Shown one piece after another: positions 25,390 through 37,204 of a stretch of DNA of 64,000 nucleotides. The stretch is taken from assembly GCA_030704615.1 (NCBI GenBank), contig CM060734.1:8432001-8496000 (forward strand), in the 5' to 3' direction. The position numbers were made by a program, and so were the translations under genes. Under the pieces are notes generated by a model. It was given only the letters and a program-made list of their open reading frames with translations, made no database searches and was not told where the DNA came from. Positions within the stretch are counted from its first letter, which is position 1. Each line of letters opens with the position of its first letter. This stretch comes from Takakia lepidozioides. Its lineage: Eukaryota > Plantae > Bryophyta.

Positions 25390-26630
25390 TGTCGTGCGCA
25401 TACATATTGCTACACAACTACATCGTTGTACAAAACCACACAATGTGCACGCCACACACTAGTATATCACTAGTCCACCACTAGTCCAACCACTAGGCTA
25501 CAACTAGTCAGTCACTAGGCTGCCACTATGCTGCCCACTATGGCAGTCACTAGTCCATACAATGGATAAAGAAGAAGAAGAAGAATACAAGCACAAGCTC
25601 ATGCGAGCTCACAAAGCTGAAGCATCAACTCATGCATATATAAACTCATTACTCAAATACAAGTCAAGCCAAGTGCACCCCACGCCATGGGGAATCCAAA
25701 CTACGGCGCCATAGCTAGGCGCGGTGAGGCTCAACTCGAGAAAGATGAGCCTCCCGCGCTTGCCGTGAAGATAACCACTCCAGGGCCTAAATCTGCCTTG
25801 AACCCTGGATTGACACTTGGGCCAATCCCAAATGTCAATATGTAAAAGCTAGTTATTTCCTAGCTAGTTTCACACTAGTGGTAAAATAACTTGACAACTG
25901 TCGTGCGCATACATATCGCTACACAACTACATCGTTATATAAAACCACACAACACATGTGCACGCCACACACTAGTATATCACTAGTCCACCACTAGTCC
26001 ACCACTAGTCCAACCACTAGTCCAACCACTAGGCTACAACTAGTCAGTCACTAGGCTGCCACTATGCTGCCCACTATGGCAGTCACTAGTCCACATAATC
26101 GCCCCCCTAGCTGGTGCTTAGGTCCCTCTAAGTCTAGGTAGCCACAGATGTGATAGTGACCATAGCCTCACTAAGTCCTCCACCACTGTCCCTACTACAC
26201 TCAAACTCGATAGATCAAGAGGCCGGGTGCAAGAGTTGCCCCATCGTTAGTCGCTGTCTTGCAACCTGTGAACTTGAGCTTGGGATCTCATGTATTGACT
26301 TCTATGAGCTTGGCCTCCCATGTCTTGTTAGCTGCCTCCAGTCATGTCCACTGCCACTATCCCAAGCAGTGTGGACACAATCAATCTCCGTCAGGAACCT
26401 TCTCAAGAGGTGGTGTCAAGCATCTCATATGCCAACCCCTTGAGCATCGATCACACACCAGCATGGTGGCTGCCCCTTTGGCAGACCCACAGAGCATGCA
26501 CCTCAAACCTGCAGGTACCACTGCCAAGTTTGGGTCAACTCTGCCATCGACATTGGGAAGGTGACATGGCGCACAATTACGCACATGGTCCTTCCAAGTC
26601 ATGCCATCCCGACCCTCCAACATCAGGACC
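25390..26630 (-). mobile_element. 3' end of a gypsy element with integrase-terminal PHD finger, PPT and LTR
   Basis: PHD coding at 26357-26623; PPT-like AGGGGGG at about 26102-26108; LTR TGTGG (26095)...CGACA (25390) contains a 170-200 bp internal direct repeat. Confidence 0.7.
26357..26623 (-). pseudogene. PHD finger (C4HC3), probably the pol C-terminus
   Basis: CMLC...MLVCDRCSRGWHMRCLTPPLEKVPDGD*LCPHC, a canonical PHD with TGA in place of the conserved Trp. Confidence 0.85.
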
Positions 26631-27784
26631 CCTGTTTTTGCGGCATAAAGGAGCAGATGGCAGTGATGACTGATTACTGCTTATCATTTTTTGGAGTTCC
26701 CTATGAATCCCTCCTCCTGGATCTTTGATGAGCGACGGCGCTCCTATCTGTACACAGGAAGTTCCCCTTCCCCTTATTAACCCATGTCTTGCATGACATT
26801 GCTCTCCTTCTTGCTCAATTTTGTTGTGCAAGTACCTGCTGCTTTAGGCGTATAAGCTGTGGTGTTGTCTGAAGTTTTTCAAAGTCAGCCGAGTTGAGGA
26901 GCTATGGCTACCATCCCCCAAACAGTCAAAAAGGTCTTTGGTGTTTGGTTTTCTTCCTTTTGCTTTGTGGCATCTTCTCTACTTAGTATCTACATGCATG
27001 ACCTCGACAGCAAGTGTGACTGCCTGCCATTCACCCAACGCATCCTCACTGACACACAAAACTTTTTTTGTGGTGGTTTTTGGGACGGGCGCAGGTGAGG
27101 GCAGCCACTTTGCATGATGACTTCTAAGTTTTGCAGGATACCAGGAAGTTTTCAAGGGAATGAATTTATCAGCCGACTGTGGTTTCATCAAGGACTGTGG
27201 AAAACCACCTACTCTATGGGTTTTTCAAGATCCAATTCTCTTCTGGATTTCTCTACTTTTGTGAACAATATAGGGCCTTAAGACTTAGTTAATCACTGCC
27301 AAAACAGTGAATGCTTAAGACCAAAGTTTTGCTTTGACAATTAAGGTTATATTGTTTGTGTGGGACACACACATCAGTGTCTACATCTTTGTGTGTTCTA
27401 CCCCCAGGTTTACATATGATACCATATACTGATATGATACTGATATAATACATATCAATACTGATATGATTCATATCAGTGCTGCATAAGTATTTGTGCT
27501 GCAGCTCTTTGGGTACCATTTTTTTTAAAAAAAAATCCCCTTTCATGGCTTAGCATCTAATGCAGATTTTGATGCCAAACCACCTGGATATATTTGCATA
27601 ACCAAGATCCCTGTGTGGGTTTTTCAATGCTGGTAAAGTATGCCAGGGGCTGGTTTGAAACTGAGTATATGAACAACATGGGCATCAGTACCTAATACCT
27701 CAACCATTTATAGTCCCTCTGGTGTCAGTGCAGAATGACACTAGCATGAGTGGTTATGGTACTCTTTGATGTACCTAGGTAGTA

Positions 27785-29240
27785 TGAAGGTGATTTTTCT
27801 CTTGATGAGGAGTAAATGTCTAGTATGTTGTATCATGTGTATTTATTTGCATCTGCAGCAGTTTTAAGGGTCTCTGTGACAAACTGAAATTAATTAACAA
27901 TATTGTTTGGCCCTGTTTGAGAGCTTTCTACATAGCTTCTTTCCAAACCATTACCTGCTGCTACAACCTAAAATACATATCAGACATGGAAAACAAAGCA
28001 TCAATACTTGATGCTTACCTCTTTTCTAAATTGCATTATACACCGGTCTAAGCTCTTGCCGGCATTCAGGTTCTCCAAATCTGAGGTACCCTAACTCCTC
28101 TCCTTCTATTCTTTTATAGAAGTGCAGCTTCTGTGTTTATGGTGACCTCATTAACACAGTCATATGGTTAAAAAGAATTATGGTTGACATCAGTGTGTAC
28201 ACAACTGATGATACAAATATGTTGTTGTTAATTGGTTATGGTCCACTGTATTTTTCAGCCAGTCTGATCTTCAATCATCAATCCATGATGCTTGAATTGT
28301 TCAAAGATATCAAAACCAGTCTGATACCCATTTGGTTTGACTAAGAATACCTGGATCCCAAGAGGTAATCCCTCATGTTGAAACCAGCTGAGGAGGTATA
28401 CCTGCAACACAAGGTTGTAGAAAACTACATTAAACTGAATGCTACTTGTAAATACCCATTCAAATGTATAAGGGCAGGGGGGGTTGAGAACCCACCAGCC
28501 CATCTATGAAGGTGATCTTTTTCATAATGTGGAGTACATATTTGTTTTGCTGTGACATATGTTTTTATTTGCATCTGCAACATTTTTAAGGGTCTCAGGG
28601 ACAAACTGGAACTACGTTATAGTATTGGTTTGCCCTGTTTGAGAACTTTCTGCATAACTTCTTTCCAAACCATTACCTGCTGTGCTATAGCTTAAGGTAC
28701 ATAGCAGAACTAGAAAATTAAGCAGCAATACTTGATGCTACCTTTTTCCAAACTGCATTGTACATCAGTCTAAAATATTGCTGGCATTCAGGTTCTGCAA
28801 ATTTGAGGTACCCTAGCTCCCTTCCTTCTATTCTTTTGTAGAAGTAGAGCTCATGTGTTTATGATGAATTCATTAACACAGTCATATGGCTAAAAAAGAA
28901 TTATGTTTCACATCAGTGTGTACACAGCTCATGTTACAATTTATGATGTTGCAATTTTGCTATGGTCCACTGTATTTATTAGACAGTATGAATACATCAA
29001 TCATCAATCCATGATGCTTGAATTGTTCAGAGGTATAAAAACCAGTATGACACCCAACTGGTTTGACTAAGGATTTACAGGGATCCCAAGAGGTATTCCC
29101 TTATGCTGAAACCAGCTGAGGAGATATACCTGCAACACTTGGTTGTAGAAAGTTGCCTTAATAAATTGTATGCTGCTTGTAAATACACGTTCAAACGTAT
29201 GAGGGCAGGGAGTGGATGAGAACCCACCATCCCACCCATA
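27785..29240. repeat. Diverged tandem duplication, two units of about 720 bp
   Basis: Shared blocks TGAAGGTGAT (27785/28507), CTTCTTTCCAAACCATTACCTGCTG, TCAATCATCAATCCATGATGCTTGAATTGTTCA and GAGAACCCACCA. Confidence 0.85.
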
Positions 29241-30083
29241 CCTTTGATAAAATATATGCAAGGGCTTACACGAAGTCTTGATATTCCACTGGATTCTTAA
29301 GGTCTCGTGTTGACCCACACCCTTACAAATGTTGAATCATGTTGTTACTTTACTCTATGGTTTATGAGAAATGCTAACATACACCTGCTGGTGTCTAAAT
29401 ATAATTCTGGTTTCTTTCATTAGGTTTTGATGGATGGTGCCACTGCAAAGTGGCTGATATGTCACTTTCTTTCTTGACAAAGACCCTAGTGGTCTTGTCC
29501 TTGTCTTGACATGACAAAAGTATCTTCCTTCTCTTCTGCCCCCTCTCTCCCTCTCTGCTTTGTTTTTTTTTGTGGGGAGTGACAAGACAGCTGCTCAGTC
29601 ACTCCCCCCCCCACCTTCTTTTTTTGTTTTCTTGCACCCTCTATGGTGGGGGGAGGTTTGCTATTTCATGAGCATGAGCGGCATGAGCGGCATGAGCGGA
29701 GTAGTAAGACAATCGGTTTTCATGAGCAGAAGTACAAATTTCGAAAATAAAAAACAATAAAAAACAATAATTTAATGCAATGTGTCAGGCAAAACAAATA
29801 TATTATTCGGCCCCTTGAAGGGAAAATTGCAATTTTGACAGTTGTGCTCATGATATTTCGTCTTCCGCTCATGCCAATTCCCAGCGACATGTGCAGATAT
29901 GGCGCCGAATTTCGCGGTAATAGGGTCCGTAACCTGAAAAACGGCGACGTATTTCGCGGTAATAGGTCTCTCTGGCGAAAAATGGTGCCGAATTCCGCGG
30001 CTATAGGTCCCCTCATGACAGGTAATTCGGCGCCATTTTTCCAGTGCATGTTCGGACTTAACATGTTCGGACGTGCAACTCAC

Positions 30084-32151
30084 CTCCCGCATATAGTCGC
30101 CGAACTGGAGGAAACGATAATGCCACCATGCTAGCCAACTGACCATTGCTCCCTCGTCTGATTTCCTTACAGCACCTGACGATGTCCACCAAGCCCGTAT
30201 ACATGCAAACTGTGTCTCTGCATCATCCAAGGTAGGAGCGCACTTCCACGCAAGGCACATGGAACGGTGCTCCTCTCTGAAATCTGGCGCCACGAGCCTG
30301 GTTGTGTACTGCGAAAGGCTCTGCAGAAAATGGAACCCACAAGATCTCTCCTTGCCTTCCATGGGAACATTGGGGTCTTGCCCGTACACCCTTCGGATGG
30401 CAGCCCAATTTGCTTGTGCGTTGTCCGCCATGAAACCACGGAAATTCGGAGGGGGCAATCCCGCCTTGGCCATCTGTTCGTTTATTCCCTGCCAAAGAAG
30501 CATCTCCGATTGTGTGTCCTCTCCTTTCATCTCACAAATAGCAATTGTCATTAGCATCCTGCAGTGGGTGTCGTAGACATGTGCACCCATTGTCACCCAC
30601 TGGTGATTTGTAATTCGCTTGATATGGTCGAACATGACCCAACTGTTTGACAAGTTCCTACTCGTCATCCTGTCGACCAGTTCGACGCCGCTGCCAGGTC
30701 CACACGTGGACATTTTGAATACGAAACAACGATCTGCCTCAGTTCCTTGTCCTGGAAACCTACTTCCATGAATGTAGTCATATCCACATCGTCGCTTCAC
30801 CTCCAGAATGGAGTGCATATCCGAGCCACGCCCAATTTTCTGTTTGCATGAGACAATGTGGTTTCGGACATTCGGTGAACATACGTGGGACACCGACTCC
30901 AGCAATGCCTCCATTTCCTTCTCGTCGAGAGGAACTCTATCGGAGCCGTCTTCCGACATAATTCTGGCCAATGCCATCTTATGGGCGGCTTGGAGCTGTA
31001 TCTGTTTGGGTTTGGCACCCGGTCTCAACTTAACCTCCTCCTGAACGAGCTGCTCTGCTTCGTGGGCAGCCTCCCGCGAGTTCCCCCTCGCCAATTTGTG
31101 ACAATGGGAACCAACGTGTATGCAAGCTCGGGTGAGGTCAGGGAAACGGTGCAACACATAGAACTGCTTGGCATTACAAATAGACATGCAGTGTGGTGGT
31201 TCTTTGCAATGCGCACACTTAAATGTGGAGTTCGGAACCTTCTCCTGAGCTCGAAATGGTTGATGAGCTGTGCCTGTCCAATTGGTCTCGTTCCTGTGAC
31301 CTCTGGATTTAAAGTGGAAGCAAGTTGGGGAGACACACTGCAACGCGCCCGCACAAACAACGTAGTGCACCCGCACACCATCGAGCATCTTCATGCTGGT
31401 GGTTTTGGTAACGCACCAAGGATGACCGTCATGTTTTCTATCCATATCTGTCAACATTCCGGACGCCCTCGAGTAGTCCGCCCGAGGAGGGAACTCAAAG
31501 AAGATATTACCGTCGACGTCGGCGGGAAGGCATGTAACCGATTTAATTGCAAACTTGCTGTAGTCCAGCCCGGCCAGCTCCGACCGGTGTCCCTCCAGGT
31601 GAAGCCCTCGCAGAATTTCAAGAATAGATCGAACTGCGGTGCTCGTGCTGGGAATATGACTCCCTCCTCCACTGACGTCCATTGAGGACTTGCCTGATCT
31701 CCAGGACGACCTCGGAACTTCCATGACCTCGTCTGAGTCGGACAGGTTGTGAACAACCCGGTTCTCGCTCGTCTTCATGGATGGGTTCGGCTCTGGATTT
31801 ACTTCGTTGCGGACTTCTCTCTTTGAGGTAGCCACTCTCTGATTCGCGGATTGTTTCGTGGAAGGCGCCAGGATAGAAGGTGCATTTGGCGGGTAAATGA
31901 AGTCCCCAACAGCCCTGTATATGACGCTGTCTAATGGTGGAACTCGCCATTCCCTGCCATCGTGGAGCACAACAATACTCTCGACAACAAGGCCGTTAGA
32001 GTCCTTCCTTTCCTCCTCCAAAAAAACCGACCCCGGTTTCAGGTGGTATCGAACGCACAGATATTTCTCCATCACCCGGCAGGTGTCCCCTCTGCACGGA
32101 AATGAAGCTCTATGCTCGTGAGGACACTGTAGCGCTCGGGTTTTCCGCCAT
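30084..32151 (-). pseudogene. MULE transposase with GCM/WRKY-like Zn finger, C-terminally truncated
   Basis: Zn ligands CAGALQCVSPTC...CAHC...C...C...HVGSHCH. Catalytic core WVMFDH...FMADNAQA...CGFHF (D, D, CxxH). Ends at donor GAG|GTGAGT (30084) with no downstream exon. An 8-bp deletion near 32123 relative to copy 2 frameshifts the MAENP start. Confidence 0.8.
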
Positions 32152-32439
32152 GGGAGATGTGCACACAAGACTCCTAGGATGGAGTGCGGGGAAGCTCCCT
32201 GGTAGAAGGGGGATGCAGCGATGGGAATGAATGCGATGCCGATTTGTCCGAGCGACGAAGCCTGATCCAAATCCAGGGAGCCAACTATCTCAAAAATCCA
32301 CAGTCAGAGTGTTAATGAACCTTGTCTCCGGAATGCGGCCCCTGGTCTTTGCGCAATAACTGCCAACGGTATGCAGTCAGAAAGTGGGGGGCCGTCCTCG
32401 GCTGAAGGGGAGAAGCCGGCACCGTGCCGTCACATTACT

Positions 32440-33200
32440 ACCCCCGAATGGAAATTCGGCACCCAATATCCAACAGGGGAAGCCCGGATGCAGTCGCCTC
32501 GGGCGCAGAGGCCGGCGCGTGTGCGACAGAGAACATCCCCTGGATGGAGATTCGGCGCCGAATTTCCATCCGGGCCCCCCAAACGAAGTCGTGTCGGGGG
32601 GTCAGGCCGAAAACTGGCCGGCATAAAAACATCCCCAGATGGAAAAACGACGTCGAATTTCCATCCGGGGCGGTTCGGATGCAGTTGGGGAGGGGGGAGA
32701 GGCCGGCACTTGGCCGTCACATTTCAACCCCCGGACGGAAATTCGGCACCGAATATCGAACAGGGGACGCCCGGATGAAGTCGCCTCGGGCGTAGAGGTC
32801 GGCACGTGTTCGACAGAGAGCATCCCCTAGATGGAGATTCGGCGCCGAATTTCCATCCGGCCCCCCCAAGGAAGTCTTGTCGGGGTGTCAGACCGAAAAC
32901 TGGCCGACATAAAAACCTCCCCAGATGGGAAAACGGCGCCGAATTTCAATCCGGGGCCGTTCCAATGCGGTCGGGGAGGGGGGAGAGGTCGGCACCTAGC
33001 CGTCATATTTCAACCGCCGGACGGAAATTCGGCACCGAATATCCAACAGAGCGGCAGAGAGGCCGGCACCTCTCCGACAGAGACCAGCCCCCGGATGGAA
33101 ATTCGGCGCTGAATTTCCACCCAGCAGGCAAGTGCAATCCCGGATGGATGGAAATCCGGCGCCGAATTTCCATCCAGAAGGTAAGTCGGATCACTGGCGT
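32440..33200. repeat. MULE internal array 1: about 290-bp higher-order units built on the palindrome GGATGGAAATTCGGCGCCGAATTTCCATCC
   Basis: Palindrome variants every 90-100 bp with three alternating spacer types; mirrored at 60700-62200. Confidence 0.9.
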
Positions 33201-33209
33201 ATGGATATT

Positions 33210-33434
33210 CGGCGCCGAATTTCCATCCTGCAGGTAATTCATCGCTGAGAATTACCTTCCTGCAGGTAATTCTGATCGATGAATTACCTTCCTGCAGGTA
33301 ATTCTTATCGACGAAGGTAGGAAGGTAATTCCTCGCTCAGAATTACCTGCAGGAAGGTAATTCCGAGATGAGAATTACCTGCAGGAAGGTAATTCTCAGC
33401 GATGAATTACCTGCAGGATGGAAATTCGGCGCCG
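33210..33434. repeat. Perfect 64-bp inverted repeat (hairpin) near the MULE centre
   Basis: 33210-33273 is the exact reverse complement of 33371-33434; the loop is made of GAATTACC/CCTGCAGG units. Confidence 0.9.
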
Positions 33435-33719
33435 GATTTCGATCCATCCGGGATCCCAGTTACCTGCTGGATGGAAATGCGGCGCCGAATTTCAATCCAT
33501 CTGGGATTCGAATTACCTGCAGGATAGAAATTCGGCGCCGGATTTCCATCCATCCGGGATTCGACTTACCTGCAGGATGGAAATCCGGTGCCGGATCTCC
33601 ATCCATCCGCTCTCCGACCAACCTTGCGGATGGAAATCCGGTACTGGATTTCCATCCATCCGCTATTCGAATTACTTGCATGACGGAAATTTTGCGCCCG
33701 ACCTAGCTGGCTGATGGAA

Positions 33720-34568
33720 ATCCGGCGCCGGATTTCCATCCATCCGCTCTTCGAATAACCTGCATGACTGGAAAAATGGCGCCGAATTTCCGATTTTGGT
33801 GCAAGTCAGATCTGGGACTTAGCCATTTTCGGCCCCGAAATGGTAAAATGGGGCCGAAAAAAAAAAAAAAAAAAAAAAAAACTCCATTTTTCCAGTTCGG
33901 GGCCGAAAACGGCTAAGTCCCAGATCTGACTCGCACCCAAAATCGGAAATTCGGCGCCATTTTTCCAGTCATGCAGGTAATTCGAAGAGCGGATGGATGG
34001 AAATCCGGCGCCGGATTTTCATCCATCCGCTCTTCGAATTACCTGCATGACGGAAATTTTGCGCGCCGAATTACCTGGCGGATGGAAATCCGGCGCCGGA
34101 TTTCCATCCATCCGCTCTTTGAATTACCTGCATGACTGGAAAAATGGCGCCGAATTTCCGATTTTGGTGCCAGTCAGATCTGGGACTTAGCCATTTTCGG
34201 CAACGAAATGGAAAAAAAGAGCCGAAAAAAAAAAAAAAAAAAAACGCCATTTTTCTAGTTCGGGGCCGAAACCGGCTAAGTCCCAGATCTGACTGGCACC
34301 CAGAATCGGAAATTCGGCGGCATTTTTCCAGTCATGCAGGTAATTCGAAGAGCGGATGGAGGGAAATCCGGCGCCGGATTTCCCTCCATCCGCTCTTTGA
34401 ATTATCTGCATGATTGGAAAAATGGCGCCGAATTTCCGATTTTGGTGCTAGTCAGATCTGCCATTTTCGGCCCCGAAATGGAAAAATGGCCCCGAAAATT
34501 TAAATAAAATTATTTAAATAAAATTAAAATTAAAATTTATATATAAATATTAAAATTTATTTTAAATT

Positions 34569-34604
<36 letters not shown>

Positions 34605-36900
34605 GCCTTTTTTCTAGTTCGGGGCCGAAAACGGCTAAGTCCCAGATCTGACTGGCACCCAAAATCGGAAATTCGGCGCCATTTTTCCAGTCATGCAGGT
34701 AATTCGAAGAGCGGATGGATGGAAATCCGGCGCCATCCGCTCTTCGAATTACCTGCATGACAGAAATTTTGCGCGCCAACTTACCTGGCGGATGGAAATC
34801 CGGCGCCGGATTTCCATCCATCCGCTCTTTGAATTACCTGCATGACTGGAAAAATGGCGCCGAATTTCCGATTTTGGTGCCAGTCAGATCTCGGACTTAG
34901 CCATTTTCGGCCCCGAAATGGAAAAATGGCGCCGTAACAAAACAAAAAAAAAAAAAAAAAAAAAAAACGCCATTTTTCCAGTTCGGGGCTGAAAACGGCT
35001 AAGTCCCAGATCTGACTCGCACCCAAAATCGGAAATTCGGCGCCATTTTTCCAGTCATGCAGGTAATTCGAAGAGCGGATGGATGGAAATCCGGCGCCAT
35101 CCGCTCTTCGAATTACCTGCATGACAGAAATTTTGCGCGCCAACTTACCTGGCGGATGGAAATCCGGCGCCGGATTTCCATCCATCCGCTCTTTGAATTA
35201 CCTGCATGACTGGAAAAATGGCGCCGAATTTCCGATTTTGGTGCCAGTCAGATCTGGGACTTAGCCATTTTCGGCAACGAAATGGAAAAAAAGAGCCGAA
35301 AAAAAAAAAAAAAAAAACGCCATTTTTCTAGTTCGGGGCCGAAACCGGCTAAGTCCCAGATCTGACTGGCACCCAGAATCGGAAATTCGGCGCCATTTTT
35401 CCAGTCATGCAGGTAATTCGAAGAGCGGATGGAGGGAAATCCGGCGCCGGATTTCCCTCCATCCGCTCTTTGAAAAAATGGCGCCGAATTTCCGATTTTG
35501 GTGCTAGTCAGATCTGCCATTTTCGGCCCCGAAATGGAAAAATGGCCCCGAAAATTTAAATATAATTATTTAAATAAAATTAAAATTAAAATTTACATAT
35601 AAATATTAAAATTAAAAAATAAAAAAAAAAAAAAAAAAAAACGCCTTTTTTCTAGTTCGGGGCCGAAAACGGCTAAGTCCCAGATCTGACTGGCACCCAA
35701 AATCGGAAATTCGGCGCCATTTTTCCAGTCATGCAGGTAATTCGAAGAGCGGATGGATGGAAATCCGGCGCCGGATTTTCATCCATCCGCTCTTCGAATT
35801 ACCTGCATGACAGAAATTTTGCGCGCCAACTTACCTGGCGGATGGAAATCCGGCGCCGGATTTCCATCCATCCGCTCTTTGAATTACCTGCATGACTGGA
35901 AAAATGGCGCCGAATTTCCGATTTTGGTGCCTGTCAGATCTGGGACTTAGCCATTTTCGGCCCCGAAATGGAAAAATGGCGCCGTAACCAAAAAAAAAAA
36001 AAAAAAAAAAAACGCCATTTTTCCAGTTCGGGGCCGAAAACGGCTAAGTCCCAGATCTGACTGGCACCCAAAATCGGAAATCCGGCGCCATTTTTCCAGT
36101 CATGCAGGTAATTCGAAGAGCGGATGGATGAAAATCCGGCGCCGGATTTTCATCCATCCGCTCTTCGAATTACCTGCATGACAGAAATTTTGCGCGCCGA
36201 CTTATTTGGCGGATGGAAATCCGGCGCCGGATTTCCATCCATCCGCTCTTTGAATTACCTGCATGACTGGAAAAATGGCGCCGAATTTCCGATTTTGGTG
36301 CCAGTCAGATCTGGGACTTAGCCATTTTCGGCAACGAAATGGAAAAAAAGAGCCGAAAAAAAAAAAAAAAAAAAAACGCCGTTTTTCTAGTTCGGGGCCG
36401 AAAACGGCTAAGTCCCAGATCTGACTCGCACCCAAAATGGGAAATCCGGCGTCATTTTTCCAGTCATGCAGGTAATTCGAAGAGCGGATGGATGGAAATC
36501 CCGCGCCGGATTTTCATCCATCCGCTCTTCGAATTACCTGCATGACGGAAATTTTGCGCGCCGACTTTCCTGGCGGATGGAAATCCGGCGCCGGATATCC
36601 ATCCATCCGCTCTTTGAATTACCTGCATGACTGGAAAAATGGCGCCGAATTTCCGATTTTGGTGCCAGTCAGATCTGGGACTTAGCCATTTTCGGCCCCG
36701 AAATGGAAAAAAAGAGCCGAAAAGAAAAAAAAAAAAGAAAGAAAAAAAAAGAAAAAAAAAAAAAAAAAAAACGCCATTTTCCCAGTTTGGGGCCGAAAAC
36801 GGCTAAGTCCGAGATCTGACTGGCACCCAAAATCGGAAATTCGGCGCCATTTTTCCATTTCTGGGCCCAGTCAGATCTGGGACTTAGCCATTTTCGGCAA
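33720..36900. repeat. MULE internal array 2: nine units of about 360 bp, each an inverted repeat around a poly(A) or AT-rich loop
   Basis: Arms ...CAGTCAGATCTGGGACTTAGCCATTTTCGG.. / ..CCGAAAACGGCTAAGTCCCAGATCTGACT.. flank A-tracts near 33860, 34230, 34580, 34950, 35300, 35625, 35995, 36360 and 36730. Confidence 0.9.
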
Positions 36901-37204
36901 GTAAATGCAATAAAATGTTGCATTTCAAGTCCACTGGTACCACATTCCAACTTCACATGACCCTATTTCCGTGCCTCCTAACCCTATTTCCGTGGACTTA
37001 CAATGGTCTGCTCATGCTTTTTTTTTTTCCGCTCATTCTCATGCCGCTCATGAAATAGCAGCCCCCTGGTGGGGGGGAGCTGAGAGCAGCAGCACTTGCT
37101 ACTCTCAGCCCCCCACATGCTTTGTTTTTTTTTTGGGATCTGGAATGTAGAGTGTGTTTCCAGGTAAGGCTAACTTTTGGGTTTGCATGACAGGTGCCAC
37201 GCTT

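Larger units (their letters stand above)
29653..37066 (-). mobile_element. Mutator-like element (MULE) copy 1, 7.4 kb, foldback-type
   Basis: Terminal inverted repeats (TIRs) GAGGTTTGCTATTTCATGAGC / GCTCATGAAATAGCAGCCCCC; perfect 9-bp TSD TGGTGGGGG (29644-29652 / 37067-37075); contains a MULE transposase. Confidence 0.92.

Noticed and set aside
26640-27780. Possible further ZFYVE26 exons
   Set aside because: No recognisable similarity and no convincing phased splice sites.
29772-30083. C-terminal 100 aa of the 832-aa ORF as real transposase
   Set aside because: It is read-through past a GTGAGT donor into subterminal repeats; the same tail is appended to the deleted copy 2.
32440-36900. CRISPR-like array (30-bp palindromic repeat with spacers)
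   Set aside because: The spacers are themselves repeated in higher-order units, there are no cas genes, and the array sits inside a TSD-flanked eukaryotic MULE.
32371-36956. Many short ORFs (MEIRRRISI..., MDGNPAPDFH...), also at 60600-62350
   Set aside because: They are translations of GC-rich palindromic repeats in all frames.
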